Part shown: positions 25,040 through 39,574 of the stretch, piece by piece
Position numbering within the stretch: the first letter of the stretch is position 1
Layout: the number at the start of each line of letters is the position of its first letter
NCBI GenBank assembly: GCA_044892525.1
Contig: CM097886.1
Span: 128,092,001-128,156,000, forward strand
From: Schmidtea polychroa
Lineage: Eukaryota
Length of the DNA: 64,000 nucleotides
Direction: 5' to 3'
Notes under the pieces: model-generated
The model's input: the letters and a program-made list of their open reading frames with translations, nothing else
What the model was told of the DNA's origin: nothing
Database searches by the model: none
Translations under genes and position numbers: made by a program

Positions 25040-28000
25040 TGAGAAGAATGTTTTTGTGTCCGTAATGATAATTATAGATTTTTACTATGTCAACCATTGA
25101 AATCGAAGATCGGATAGGTAATGCGATCAGAGGTAGGGATGAAAAGATCGAAGCCCTGAAATCGCGATATTACACATGAAACATGCGATAATGTTTACTT
25201 TGTTCACCTTAAAATCAAATTGATTGATAGCAATGTAATTATTGTCGGTTGGAATGTGCCGGTCAAAGTGCTTCAAGAGAAAAATTTTCAATGACACAAA
25301 TTCTTAATGATTTATAATTAGGTTCTAGACATTTAAGTTAAAAGGGGTTTGCACCCCTTGGAAAAACTATATTATTATTACATGTCAATAAAGCTTTTAG
25401 ATTAATAATAATATTTCTTTTTGAAAATAATTCTGGTAAAATGTATCTAATAAAAAGCATTTATTATTCAGTGATCAGATCCTTCCCCATAATAAGGTTT
25501 GGAATTGTAATAAATCATAAGTATCTCATTGCAAATGGAATCAACGCTGATTTCCTATACCACTTCATTGTTTTTCGTGATCATTCAATATTTTTCCCCA
25601 TTTCATGATTTCCATTTGTACCATTGAGTCAAAATTCTATATTAGATCATTATATCTTCATTAGCAATTGGAATCAGGTCGATTGCTCAGTGATCTCAGG
25701 ATTCGAAAATTAATAAACAGACCAGTATAAAAGAGGGGGAAAGAAAGGGGCAGAACCTAATATATATCGAAACAATTATCCTCACTACATATTGGGTACC
25801 CTTTGTTAAATGCATCTATGGTCAATGATGGCCATATAGAATTGGTCGAGATCAATAAAAATTGTTTTTTAAAACCTTTCACCTCTTCGCAAACTGTTAA
25901 GAATATTGATAGAAAATTAATTATTTTTTCTGTAATTAATACAAAAAGTTAATCAATCTAAGAGAAAAATATAAACAAAACTTACAATTGACATTGTATT
26001 TAATAAAAAATTGACTATAAATCAGTAAACATATCAAAAAACATAGATAGCTTTACTGATAGACAATTTTTTAATAAATAAAATATCGATTGAAAAGAAA
26101 TCAGAGGTGAAAATCGAAAGAACCTCTTATAAAACTTAAAGTTGGTAATTAATAAAAATTATATTGAAAAAAAACCCCAAATAATATTATAAATTCTTTT
26201 TTCCATGCTGTAAAATTATGAATTTTTAAAAAATTAATGATTTTTTTTCTGTAAAAAAAATGAAAATTAATCAGATAAAAAGAAACAAGTTATAAAAATT
26301 TTTATAAAATTTTCAATGACATATTTTATCTCCTCAACATTTTAAAATATTATAATTAAATGAATTTCAATCCGTTAAAATTATAAAATAATCTGTCATA
26401 GAAAAAACTCAATTTACAATTTGTAAATAAATAAAATAGAATTTTTAATGAAAATTAATATATATTTTTACATTAAAAATATATATTTATTATAATTCGT
26501 TAATAACTAAAATATTATTTTTGTTGAAATATTAAATTTTCCATTACATTTTACGAATATTTTTTAGAAAATTATTATTTTTCTGTTATAAATAAAAATT
26601 AATCAGGCCAACTTTAAAAAGATCTAAAATTGCGTTTTATTAAATTTTCCATGGTATTTTAAAACGCTTTCCCGGAAACACTTAAAAATAGTGAATATTT
26701 ATAAAAAATAAATGAATTTTTAATTAAAAATAAAAATTAAACAGTCAAAGGAAGTTGAAGCCAAAACTAATACATAAAGGCACAATTGATAAACATTTTG
26801 TTGAGATAAGATCCAGTCAAATAAGCTTTTCATTGGTTTTAATATCAAATGATTTTAATATTAAATTCTTTGTAATTAAATGATTTATTCTCATTTATTT
26901 CATTTAATATAAAATTAGCTAAAGTTTAATGAAACACTTACACATTCCTGTGAATTTCTTGAGTTGGAAATATTTCATTTCGAAGAACCATCCGAAATAT
27001 TCTCAAACATATTTATATTTCGTTTTAAAATTGAAAATTTGGAACTTATTAATGTCAAGGAGCTTATTCAATGTCCAACAGTGTGAATTTATTATTATAG
27101 AAATTTTGTGAAACATATTTGTATCTGTTTTTTTCTTCCAAAAGCGATTTTTCTATATTTCTATAGTGTAATGGTTTATTTAATGTCGTGGATCCAATTC
27201 AATGCCAGGTTTCACTATGAAGCTTAGCAATTGCCGTTTGGTGTCATTAATAAATAATTGAAATAATGCTTAAGAAAATTTTCAACGACACTTTAAACCC
27301 CTCAACACTTGAAAATTATGAATATTTTAAAAAATAAATGTTTTCTCATTAAAAATAAAAAAATAATTATATATTCATTTAGGACTTCTAAATTAAATTT
27401 GTTATGACATTTTAACCCCCTTGCTCATTCTTATTGTTAAATTATGAATATTTATTGAAAATTATTATTTTCTATTAAAAAATAAAGATTAATTAGGTTA
27501 AAAATATGCAAACAAAATTTACAATTAATAAAAAAATTTTAAGGACATTCTGAAGCCCCTCGCAAATTATTTATATTCGTAAACAATTAGTATTATTTAA
27601 AATATTCTTTAAAAATAGTTTCTTTCTATCAAAAATATTTATTAACTTATAACTTGTAAATAAATAAAATTATATTTTTGTAAAATTTTTACCCTCCCCC
27701 TCACCATTTTATACTGTAAAATATTTATAAGATTTTTAATGGCAAAAAGTCCGACACAAAAATCTTGTGAATAAAAACGAGAAATATTTGCTGATGAAAA
27801 TCAGTTTTTCATGTCGAATGACCAACAAAGCGAATGACATTAACATTAATTAGGCTGATTGCATATTTCAGATTTGACGCGCAATCCATGCTGTGTCTGA
27901 CGGAATCCTGGGTGACGTAACAGCACTATTGAATTACCTAATTAAAAAACTCACGAAACCTGTCGAAACTTATTTATCATTTTCCAATTCGAAAATTGAT

Positions 28001-29347
28001 TAATTTTGCCAAATTTTTTACAATTAAGTATTAAGTAAATTCCCCCGAAAGTTATTGTGAAATAAAAATGATCCAATTAAAATCCTCCACAGTAATATTT
28101 GGGGAAAATCGATTTGAAACTTTTGTCTGGAACGATTGTCTAGGAATTTCAATGATTCCATTATATTAAATGATAATAATTAAAAATCAATGAAAACTGT
28201 TCACCAATCTTACTAAATAATACATATTATTTCATCATTATCAAGATATCAGTGCAAAATTCAATAATAAAAAATAACATACCACAAATTTCATCCCACA
28301 AAAGACTTAAAGTACTCCTGCTTTTACAACGATCGGGTTTGCCATTTTCTTCAGTCGTATATCTCTGTTGCATTAAATAAATCCACAATTCAAATGTTTG
28401 TTGTTGCAAAATACTTAAAAAACAAAAATCTTTTCATTTTTGATAATTTATGAAATAAAACTGACACGAATTTCAAAAACAATGAAAAATATTTGCAATA
28501 CCTGTATCAAAAAGTAAAATATATCCAAATACAATTAATGTTAAATTTTTAAAATACCCATTTTAAATCTGCCACAAACTTCCGCCAATCAAAATGCAGA
28601 TTTTCTACACCTTGATTGAATGAATAATGTAGGGGCAGAGAAAAAGAAATCAATACATCGATACAGTTTTCTGGCATGCTTGCATGAGTCATCAGCGATC
28701 AGAGGACGAATACGTGTTGTCTGGAAAATACACACAGCTCAGGACGCACACAGTCGCATGCATACATAAGTCAGTTACCAATCGGATTTCAATTTTACAA
28801 ATTTCATTTACAAATGTCTTTTGAAAGAATTTAGTCGAAAAATGAAATTGATTTGGACTTCAAGGTTATATTTAGTATTGTATTTATTGTTTCTCCTATT
28901 ATACAAAGGAATTTAAAGCTTTCTATTTGTCATAGCTGGATGAATATTGTTTTTGATGATGTCACTCAGTTCAATACCAATTCGGTTTATTGTATTTATT
29001 ATGCCTGACAATTTGTCCATCTCAACAGAATCAAAATTTCCCGGTGAAATGTTTAGTCTACTGCATTAAATGAATGCCAACGCTTCCAGTCAGAAATACA
29101 GCCAATGGCATTCAACTTATTTTAGCTCTGCCAGGGGCTTTTCATAAACTACTTGAGCTATTATAATAAGTAGTATAATTAATAGTGTTGGCGTTGATGG
29201 GGTTTGCTGTGTCACGATAAATATGATACGATAAGAATATAACTAATATTTGTATGATATCATAAAGAAGTTTAATGAAACTTAACTTGACTAAAAAATT
29301 TGCACAAAAAGTTCTGAGCTATGATTTTAAAATGAATACAACATAAA

Positions 29348-29390
29348 CATGGGGGCCCGCAGAAATTTTTCTAGGGGAGGCAAAATATTT
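29348..29390 (+). mobile_element. Single terminus related to the 23311-23772 MITE
   Basis: CATGGGGGCCCGCAGAAATTTTTCTAGGGGAGGC resembles the reverse complement of the 23772 end. No partner end found. Confidence 0.4.
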
Positions 29391-29715
29391 TTAGTAATGT
29401 TTTAATGTAGTTTTAATTTACTGTAGCGTATTTGTATGGTGAATGAACGGACAGGACACTACAAAAGGGCATACTGTAGCAACAAATTTTTTATTAACAC
29501 AATGTATGTTTATAACAAAAAATATTACAAAATAAAATTTATTCTTTAAACAAGAACTGGAGTCGTCTGTTATCCCTACGAAACATATCTAAAATTTTGT
29601 CCATAAGCATAGCGTTGGGTTTTATTCATTGAAGCTACATCAGCATGAAATACATTAATTTATTTTGAAACTTGATCGTGTTTCTTTAATCTTTCTTTCA
29701 TTTCATCAAATGATT

Positions 29716-30060
29716 TTAAATCTTGCATTTTGAGATCTTTTTAACTTCTTTATCTTCAAGCGAATTGAATAGCAAAAATTTCTTTAGTTCTTCTTCATTC
29801 AGTTTATGCTTCAAAATATTTTTTGCAAGTTTCTCAATTTTTGAGCAGAATTCTTCGGCAGCCTCATTTCCTAGACGATAATTTAGCGCTTCGTTGAGAT
29901 CATCGATAAGACTTCTCTTCTTAACAAAAGCGTTTCTTAATCTTTCTTTATAATGCAGAATTTCATTTGTCAACTCATATTTCTTCGTTGCATTGATTGA
30001 TAGAAAAGCTTTGACGAATTTGCTTCTATATTTATCGACAATATTTGTTTTTCGGTTTTG
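29716..30060 (-). pseudogene. Ty3/Gypsy gag fragment
   Basis: KERLRNAFVKKRSLIDDLNEALNYRLGNEAAEEFCSKIEKLAK resembles a retrotransposon capsid region. Frameshifted upstream. Confidence 0.5.
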
Positions 30061-30332
30061 GGTAGACCCGTGTTTACCTAATATAGAATTTTACAAATTC
30101 ATTAACTTGAAATGTGTTTTTGACAGCTAGTAAAATGCAGCTTACTTTGAAAGATTTATTAATTAAAAGTACAAATAAAAATTTAATATAAATTGAGGAA
30201 TAATAGTCATTTAAAGAGAACAATAATTACGCTTTAATCAGTATTGATTAGAAAGAAATAACAATTAATCCACTGGTGGTAACTAAAGAGAAAATAGAAT
30301 AATTTTACCTGATCCGAAACAGCTGCGACTAT

Positions 30333-32070
30333 TGTTGGGGGATTAAACTAAACAGCTGAATATAAAAGCAGAATTTGAAGGAAATAACAACAGAAGAGAA
30401 ACTCCTAAGAGAGAATATTGACATTAAATTTCAGAGCTCGATATCAGAGAATTTACTATTTGAGAAATTTGCACTTTGCTAAGAAATTTAAAGCAATAGA
30501 TACTAACCTTATAGGTTAATTTATCTATTTGTTTGATATTAAATTAAATAACGTTAAAGGACATCAGACCACAAACATCAGCATTTCTGCCTGATTTGTT
30601 TGTTGGGATTAAAATTCTAAAAGGGATATTATAGAAAACGAGAGAACACCCTGGTTCTTTACGATCGTGCTAATTTTGGGACTCTTCCCATATCTTGAAC
30701 CATTCTTATTTGTACAGCGCAGTGAGAAAATTATACCAAGCGTTTGGCATCCTTTCTCAGGACGGTTTCTATAACCGATATCTGTGCTTTAGAATTAGCG
30801 GTATTTTTGGGAAACTTATTTTACAATTTAAATAAAAAGGTAAAAAAAACGATCCTGAAATCATGGGGATCGCAAGAGACGAGTTTCGAGGAGTGGCGGC
30901 TGATAGTAAGATTATTTTACTTTTTAAATAATTTAAACGAATAATAAATTTATTAATATTCATAATAAAATTTTATAGAAAAGCTTCATCGGGAAATCTC
31001 TTTGCTGAATCTTTATAAATGATTTTTTTTTAATTTATAAATTTCAGACATTTGGCTTTAGAACATCTCAGAAAATGAAACAAACGATGAACCGATGAGA
31101 AGTTATTGGACGCAGCAGCTTTCCCGAAACTTTAAAAGGAATATGGTGAGCTTCCTGAACTTAATATAAAATTGTGATTTTATTAAAATAAAATTTCTTA
31201 ATTGAAATTTAGTCGTTGTGGTTGTTGAATATATCGACTTAATCATAAATTGAACAAATTTCTGAATAATATATAACCAATTAAAACAATAAAACCTTAA
31301 GATGATAAAACTTTCAATAAAAGGGAGATAATTTAATTGGGTTTAAAGAGTTAATGACTAAAAATCAACAAATGCGACCTTTTAGAAATCTTATGTAATA
31401 AGTATCACAAATAAGATAAAACAACTTCCTGAATTGCTCTTATAAATAACAGTAGCATTGTCATGTTTATTTTATGTTTAAATTTTAAATAAAATATAAA
31501 TAGTGTGGACCCGATGGAGAAGTTTCGCCAAGACGTGGTGAGTTACACAACAGAAGAGATTTGCCAAGCCGAGAGAGCCGAATGACTGGTAACGAAGTGC
31601 ACCCAGACTTGGTTCAGACTGGAACAGGTACGAAAGCTCCACCAAAATATTGATACCCTTTAGAAGGCTCGATTGAAGACTAAAGAACAATCAAAGATCT
31701 GAAGGTTACTATCCGAGAACAGTTCAAGAAAATTATGGAGTTCCGAGCAGGGACTCTTATTGACTTTGAAGTTGGATGAGTACTGTCATATTCCGACACA
31801 GAGCTGTTTCCAGCGATAGCAACTCTGAGCCCCAGATTACCAGCCACAATCCCAATATCAAGGAAAACAAAACCCGGAAAGTTCGAGAGGAAAATCATGT
31901 GGGAATTCATATCCACCCAGAAAGAAGATCAAAGGAAATAATGATAGAACGATAATGATCCATTCATGTTAATAATAAATAAACTACTGTAAATAGATTG
32001 CTGTAATATATAAATAAACTGCTTTACTTTAATGATATCCTTAAATTTTAACTTAGTATTATAACTTGAA
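30333..32070. mobile_element. Possible LTR-derived segment (right boundary uncertain)
   Basis: CTAT|TGTTGGGGG start like the other solo LTRs, plus an internal GTGGTTG motif as at about 4225 and 11660. No clean CA terminus found. Confidence 0.3.
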
Positions 32071-32354
32071 CGACTATTTATATTGAAAAAACTGTTTCCT
32101 TAATAATCAGTCACATTAAAGTTTTAATTTAAAAAAATGTAGATTAATTGGATCGTGATGCCATTATCTCCTTGAGACCAAAGAAAGCTATCTTCTTACG
32201 AAAATATTTATATATTAATCGGACCTTATTTAAACAGAAAATTAAATACCATTTTTACAAAACATCTCGCAACATAATTTAAACAATTAAAATTTTATTT
32301 TGTCAACATAACCTCCGGAAATTCGACCCAGAATTTCAATTATATAATTTAGAA

Positions 32355-34619
32355 CAGCGATTCTCAACCGCCGGGTCGTGGAAGATTTTGTGGGGGTCGT
32401 GAGCAAATTTGAAAAAATTTTTATTTAATGCTAATTTTTTACAATTAATCAATATATATAATTTAAAAATTGCTAAAAATTAATCAAGTTTTTAATAATC
32501 CTAAACTTTTTCCAATCCTAAAATGAAACGTAAAAAAAGACAAGCAACATTAAACAATTTTGTTATAAAGGTTAACAATAAAAATTCAACAGCTGTTGAA
32601 AACAATGATGAAGAAGAAGTTCAATGTCCACCCGAAAAAAAGAAGAGGTCAAGTTTTGTTCGCAAATACAACATTACTTTTTTAAGATTTGGATTTATTT
32701 CTTGGCCTGGATCAGATGCAAGTTGTCCCAAACCACAATGTATCATTTGTGGGGAAGTGCTGTTCAATGAAAGCATAAAAGCAAATAATTTATCACGACA
32801 TTTGAACTCAAAACACAAAGAATTGGAATCCAAACCAATTGATTTCTTTGAGAGAAAAGCTTCTGAGATAAAAAGCCAAAAAGTTCATTTCAAAAGTCCC
32901 TTTTAGCCAACAAATCACTTTTAAAGGCTTCTTATTTGGTTACTTTTCGAATTGCCGAATGTAAAAAACCATTTTCAATTGCTGAAAAACTAATAAAACC
33001 ATGCTTTGTGGATGTTTGTTCAAAGATTTTGGGTTTAAAAGCTGGTGACAAAATGAAGGCCATTCCTTTATCCAATGACACAATTGGAAGAAGGATTGAG
33101 GAATTATCGGCAGATATTGAAGATCAACTCATCGAAAAGGTCCAGAAGTCTGAGTCATTTGCAATCCAAATGGATGAGTCAACAGATGTTGCAAACAAAG
33201 CAGTTCTTTTATGTCATGTTAGATATGTTGATTATGACAGCAGTGACCTCAAAGAAAACCTTTTGTGTTGCAGTGAGATTCCCTCTTACACATCCAGTTC
33301 AGAAATCTTTCGCATCATTGATGAATATGTCAAAAGAAATTCTTTGAACTGGAAATTGTGCATTGGATTGTGTACAAATGGTGCAGCAAACATGGTTGGC
33401 AGACTTTCAGGTGTAAGAACAAGAATCCAAGAAGTTGCTGGTGATACATTTAAATTTACTCACTGTGTTATTCACCGTGAGCATTTAGCATCAAAAAAAA
33501 TGTCTCCCGAATTACATGAAGTTCTTTCAGTTTCAATTCAGATTGTTAATTTCATCAAGAGCAACGCACTCAATTCCCGATTGTTCACAATTCTGTGTGA
33601 TGAAATGGATTCAGGAAATTCACAGTTGCTAATTCACGCTGAAGTACGCTGGCTTTTTTTTTTACAAGGCTCTAAGAGTTGCGAGATGAAGTGAAAATCT
33701 TTTTAAGTCAAAAAAATTCAGATCATGCCAAACATTTCTTTGATGAAGAATGGATTGCAAAACTTGCTTATTTATCAGACTTCTTTTCTCTGATAAATCA
33801 GCTGAATCTGAGTCTACAAGGTTCAATGACAACTGTCTTCAATGTCTGGAATAAAATTGATGCTTTTAAGAAAAAAATAAAAACTTGGTTAAACCGCACA
33901 CAAGAGCAGAATTATGAAATGTTTCCTTCATTTAACGATTTCACAGAATCTTTTGACTTGAATTTGGATAATGTTGTTTCTTGTATCACTCAACATTTAG
34001 AAGTGCTTGCTCAAATGTTTGACAGCTACTATCCACCTAATGACGATATTCCATTTGGAAACATGTGGATATCCAATCCATTTCTTGATCACCAACAAAA
34101 CAACCTTTCAAACACAGAAGCAGAAAAATTGATTGAGTTATCATCAGATATGGGATTGAAATCAGTGTTTAACTCAATGAGCATTACACAGTTTTGGATA
34201 AAAGTCAAGGAGGAATATCCAGCCCTCAACAAAATTGCCATTCACATTTTATTATCCTTTTCTACAACTTACTTGTGTGAATCAGCATTTTCAGCAATCT
34301 CAATTATTAAAACGAAGCAAAGAAACAGGTTATTTACTGGCCCTGCTTTGCGACTTGCTATCACTTCTTTAAAACCAAGAATAGACAAACTGGTACGAGA
34401 GAAAGAGCAACAACAATCACATTAATTTATAAAATTATGTTTCTAATTGTTTTGATTTCGTTATTGTTGATCCTTTTATAATAAATATTTTGTTCATCTG
34501 TTAACTTTTTTTAAAATTATTAATTTTATTAGATTGTAAAGTCAAACTGAATTTACGGGTCGTGAAAAAAAATTGAGATTATTTACGGTCCGTACTGCTT
34601 TTTGGGTTGAGAAACACTG
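32355..34619 (+). mobile_element. Full-length Buster-type hAT transposon
   Basis: TIRs CAGCGATTCTCAACC / GGTTGAGAAACACTG. Exact TSD ATTTAGAA at 32347-32354 and 34620-34627. Confidence 0.92.
32523..34425 (+). pseudogene. Buster/ZBED5-like transposase pseudogene
   Basis: PKPQCIICGEVL..RHLNSKH, FAIQMDESTD, THCVIHREHLASK, EVRWL and TTYLCESAFS. Spread over three frames, with an in-frame stop and a short deletion after RWL. Confidence 0.9.
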
Positions 34620-34829
34620 ATTTAGAAGTTCGATCTAATCTTTAGACAATTTGTTTAAACGGAGGTTTTATTATAATAGCTCGAAGTGGACAGCGACGAA
34701 TAGGAAATTGAGTACATAGTGCAATGATGAAGGGACAATATAAATCGAGGCACGACATCTTCCACGGTAGCCTATGAACCCAGCGACTCGTCGGATCATT
34801 AATCAAAATAGCAACGTTTTCTTCCCCGT

Positions 34830-35103
34830 AAGAAGTCGAATAGTAAAATAGAATTCCTGATATGGAAGCAAATATGGTTGAGGTGTAGCAGAATCGAAAC
34901 GGGTATTTTCTACTTTATGGAGAATAGTCATTAGATCAGAAAAGTCATTAGACTTGTCTATGGACTACCATGGCTGAAGAGCGCCTTGAAAGTTTAAAGG
35001 TTAATGAAAAAATAACAAAGTTTTTCTCAAAAGCTTACTGTTTCGTATAAAAATAATAACTCTATGTGAGACTCCACCAACAAAAGGTCCTGGATCCGCC
35101 CTG
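34830..35103 (+). mobile_element. 3' remnant of another hAT (dimerization domain plus right TIR)
   Basis: VAESKRVFSTLWR and TTMAEERLESL in shifted frames. Ends GGATCCGCCCTG. Left boundary approximate. Confidence 0.5.
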
Positions 35104-35498
35104 ATTCTTTCTATTGCCAATTTGAATCATTTTCGTATGTTTTAATATTTTTTAATAGATTTACTTATATTTAAGGCTTCACTTTTAATTATTGGAAATA
35201 CAGATTTAATTATTATTTTTATTTAAAATTTTATTTATCAAATTAAAATGATTAAATGATTAAATGTTTTTTTGTTTATATAAAGTTTTTCCCAAACATT
35301 TCTAAATTGAGACATCTTAATTTCTTAATTTTATTGAAAGTTCTTTAATGTTATTCATACTAATGTTATTCATATTATTGTCTATTAATTATTATGTTAT
35401 GCTCTATTGACATAATTATTAATTTAGTAGTCAGAACCAACAAAAATAAAATATGTAAATCTTTAATTTTGATTGTAGTTTTAGATTTAAATAATATA

Positions 35499-37126
35499 AT
35501 GATGCAATTTATACAGAAGTCATTAAAATTAGGAAAATTTATTCCTAAAATGCCGCCAATCTTTCCATTGAACGTGGGATTTCATTCTAGTCCAATACGT
35601 AGCATAATAATTAATTCAAATGTTTGCATACTAACAAAACAACCATCTCAATTTTTTGAAAATTCTCGATCACTTTTTATATATCGTAGTGGTGACATGC
35701 TGTGGGAAGGAGTAACCGGTGCTCCGGGCCGAGCCAAGAAAAGAGCTCGTGGTAAAAGAAGAGTAGTCAGAAACAAAGTGAATCTAAATTGGGGTCGGAA
35801 AATTGGTGAAAATATATTAAATTTCAAATGGCCTGGCCTAAATGCTCCTGTCACTAGTGGGCAGAATATAAACCGATTGTCAACCGGAGAGAAAAACGAG
35901 GAATACGAGAAAGCGCTGCTGGAGATGCGAAATCGACAGGTAGATTTCTAAATAACCGGGCATCGGTGACATTGAGTCAACAGACTGACTAATCGTTATC
36001 CTTCAGAATAAAAAGAAAGTCAGCAGGTACGTTCCGCCGTTGCGACGAGGCTGGACGAGTGCGCATTTCGGTGGGTTGAGCCTAGGCAAACCGGTGCCTG
36101 TTGTCGGGCAGAATTGGGATGGGTTCGACTCGAGCGTGCTCGAGTTTAAGGTTGTCTGCACGATGCACTCTAGTAAGGGACGCTACCGCCGGTTCCTTGC
36201 TTGCGTAATGGTTGGCAATGGCAACGGACTGGCGGGGTACGCCAAAGCCAAATCAGTAAATGGCAGAACTTCAATGAGGCTTGCTAAGCGCAAAGCGACT
36301 TTGCGACTGGAAAGTTATAATCTTCGTGAAGGGAGAACCGGTAATTAATGATTCTGTGTGAATGTGTTGGATGAATTTGGTGCCAGGCACTGATTAATTA
36401 TATTTTGTTAATTATTGACTGTAATATTGATTATATAATTATATTATTACCGATGATTTTTTATTTTATTAGTTATTGATTATTATGTATTAATTGATAA
36501 CCGATTGTGTTGCAGTCTGGCATCCGGATTACATGCACGAGAAGAACACGAAAATCTTCATCAAGCCTCGGCTGAAAGGTATGGAACAGTAATTGCTGTT
36601 GCTAATGGTGATTGAACGGTTGCCTTGTATAGGGGAAGGTCTGGTGTGCCACCGGGTGATCAAGACCATGTGTAAACTGATTGGTATCAAGGACATGTAT
36701 GCCAAAGTAGAGGGCAGCACCAAGAACAACCAATTGATTGCCAGGATCTTCACCGCCATGTTGCGCCGGCAGGAAACCTATCAGGATCTCGCCAATCGGC
36801 TCTCTCTGAATATTGTGCAGAACTGTGCCGAGTCTGACAATTACCCGCATTTGCTTGCGGCACCCGAATCAGGCGTCACTAAAACCCCTGATGGCTGCGA
36901 TGAAATCAGTTTCGATCGATTACATCTTGACGGCAGGGTATTCCAGGTGCACAAGCGAGAGCCGTTCTATCTGAATCTGCCAAATCGGATAAATAAACGT
37001 GCTCAGCGACACAGATACCGCAACATGGGAAATATCAATCGCTCTATTAAGGTGATGGAATTCCTGGCCGATAATGGACACCTGGTTAGGAGATCTTTGG
37101 AAGATAGCACATCCAATAAATCTTAA
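35499..37126 (+). CDS. MRPS5: Mitochondrial ribosomal protein S5 (uS5m)
   Basis: Exons 35499-35939, 36007-36340, 36516-36578 and 36633-37126 (GT-AG, in phase). Motifs LWEGVTG, RGWTSAHFGG, VMVGNGNGLAGYA and CHRVIKTMCKLIGIKDMYAKVEGST. Confidence 0.93.
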
Positions 37127-38400
37127 TTCGTTATTGGTGTTTATTCATGTTGTAAGCAGGATTTCATATCCACTATATAACATAAATACATTTTTAGTGT
37201 AGAACACACTGGCTAACAAGCCTCATTCAATCATCGATAGTTTCCAATCCCTGCCAAGTATGCAAAGAATCATATATTTGTGTTTGTATTGTCGTATTTG
37301 AATTGGTACATGAGAAAAATTATGTAAAATCATGTTATAAGAGTCACAAATTATTTTAAATTGTTGAATTTTAAACATAATTTTATTTGCAATTTAAAAT
37401 ATCTAGATTTTTCGTTTCTACCTGATGATACCGATAAATCTGTATAAATATTTAGTATATGGTGTTCAATTGGCTTTTTATAATACATAGTTGATGCTGT
37501 TTATGTGATGATAATAATAACTTTTCATTCGCAAATATCATCTGAAACCTTAAACTGGCGCGTTTATCGAGTATGAACGATGTAACGAAAGAATTTTTAC
37601 AATCCATTTTACAAATTTTCGGAAAGAATGTATCAGTTATTCATCACGAGTTCGGCGTGTAATAACGTCATGGTCTTGAATTTACTACGCATAACGGTTG
37701 CGACTTCTGAAATTGAGATGTGTTTTTTAAGTTAGAAGTAACAATTTCATTTACTTTAGAAACACAAGAAAGGGACAAAGAATATTTAAAGGCCAAATTT
37801 TATTAAAATCATATTACCGTACTAATCTGAAAACAATGCAAAACTTTCTTTTAAAATAATCTTTGACGTACATGATCGTTTGTACAGTGCTATTTTTAAA
37901 AGTAAACTAAGGATTTCTTGTTTGAAGAACGGTAAAAATGAAATTTATTAGATTAATCTATACTCCGAAGTCTATATGTCCAATTCGTTGAGCGTGAAAT
38001 AAGATTTACTCAGCTTTACCTATATTAGGTTAGGTTGAATATTTAATCAAAATAAGTTGAAATAGTACTTCCGCAAATTTATAGAGTTTATCATATAATC
38101 GGGGTAGGTTGAATTAGGCGTCCGTCAAACTTCTATATTTTAAGCTCATTGAAGGGGTTTCTCAAATTTTGAGGGTACGGATTCTAAAACCTCTGCATTC
38201 ATTATTTGCATTAGTTCACTTTTTCAACGAACCGTATTTTAACCATTGCTCCATTTTAATAAATTTACCTATTTATTAATTTTTTATTTGAAAAAGTAAA
38301 AAAAAGATATTGTTGAGTTACTGGGCTGGTGGTAATAGTTAAAAGTTACCAATCAAATCTCTGACACCTAAACGTACTTTATTTGATCCACAAAATAGCA

Positions 38401-38532
38401 ATTTCTCTTGTTTTGTTATACCTTCCTCTTTTCTCATTTTTTTGCTTTTCAGTTTTCTTTTCCAAGTTTCAGAATGCTATCTCAATCCTCTTATCAGTTT
38501 TCCCCCAAATTATTATTTAGGTATCCTCAACA
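38401..38532 (-). mobile_element. Truncated LTR end related to the 11029 LTR
   Basis: The reverse complement begins TGTTGAGGATACCTAAAT, identical to 11029, and contains GGGGGAAAACTGATAAGAGG similar to about 3664. Left boundary approximate. Confidence 0.45.
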
Positions 38533-38858
38533 AAACAAATTATTATTATTTAGGATATTGCAGCAATCTTTGTTTATATCAAATGAGCGGAACAGACATT
38601 GATTTCATATTTTGTTGTGTTAAACAAAAACAATAATTACATAAATATCAAATTTTACTGTCAATGTCAATAAAATAGTATCATATTGCATTTCGAATCT
38701 ACTCAGGGTTCACTACAAATTTTTTATCGGCTTCTCATCTCATTTTAATTTTATATATAATAATATAAATAAAGATTTTCTTAAAATAACTTTAAAAATA
38801 TTCCATTTAAAATTTTTAAATATTTATATTTTGAAAATATATAATGGAAATTTTTTAA

Positions 38859-39099
38859 CCCTTAAATGCATGATTTTTCCTTTTTTAATACTATAAATTG
38901 ACACAGATAAATAATTAAGCATAGATAAAGGGAAAAATAAAGAAAAAAATATTTATTTTCCAAAAAGTATATTTTTATAAAAAAATCTTACTGATGTAGC
39001 ACCTAATAAAAGCAAAAAATACTGTGTTTGAGTTACCGTTTAGAAATTATTTAAGGACAAATACACTGATGTATAAATACATCATCATGCATTTAAGGG
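38859..39099. mobile_element. piggyBac-type MITE
   Basis: TTAA|CCCTTAAATGCATGAT...ATCATGCATTTAAGGG|TTAA, perfect 16-bp TIR. Confidence 0.85.
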
Positions 39100-39256
39100 T
39101 TAATTAATAAAAATTTGCAAAAATTACTTATCTAAATTATCTCTAAATAATAATAATAATAAAACAAAATATAATTTATTCGTGTAAATTCTAGATATGC
39201 ATAAATTTATATAAAATGGTCAATTTTAACGAAACTTTGAAATGAATATTTTGTGA

Positions 39257-39574
<318 letters not shown>

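Noticed and set aside
32523-34425. Possibly intact, active Buster transposase with only homopolymer sequencing errors
   Set aside because: Besides the frameshifts, there is an in-frame TAA (RL*ELRDEV) and loss of the SRGKV residues after RWL, which indicates real decay.
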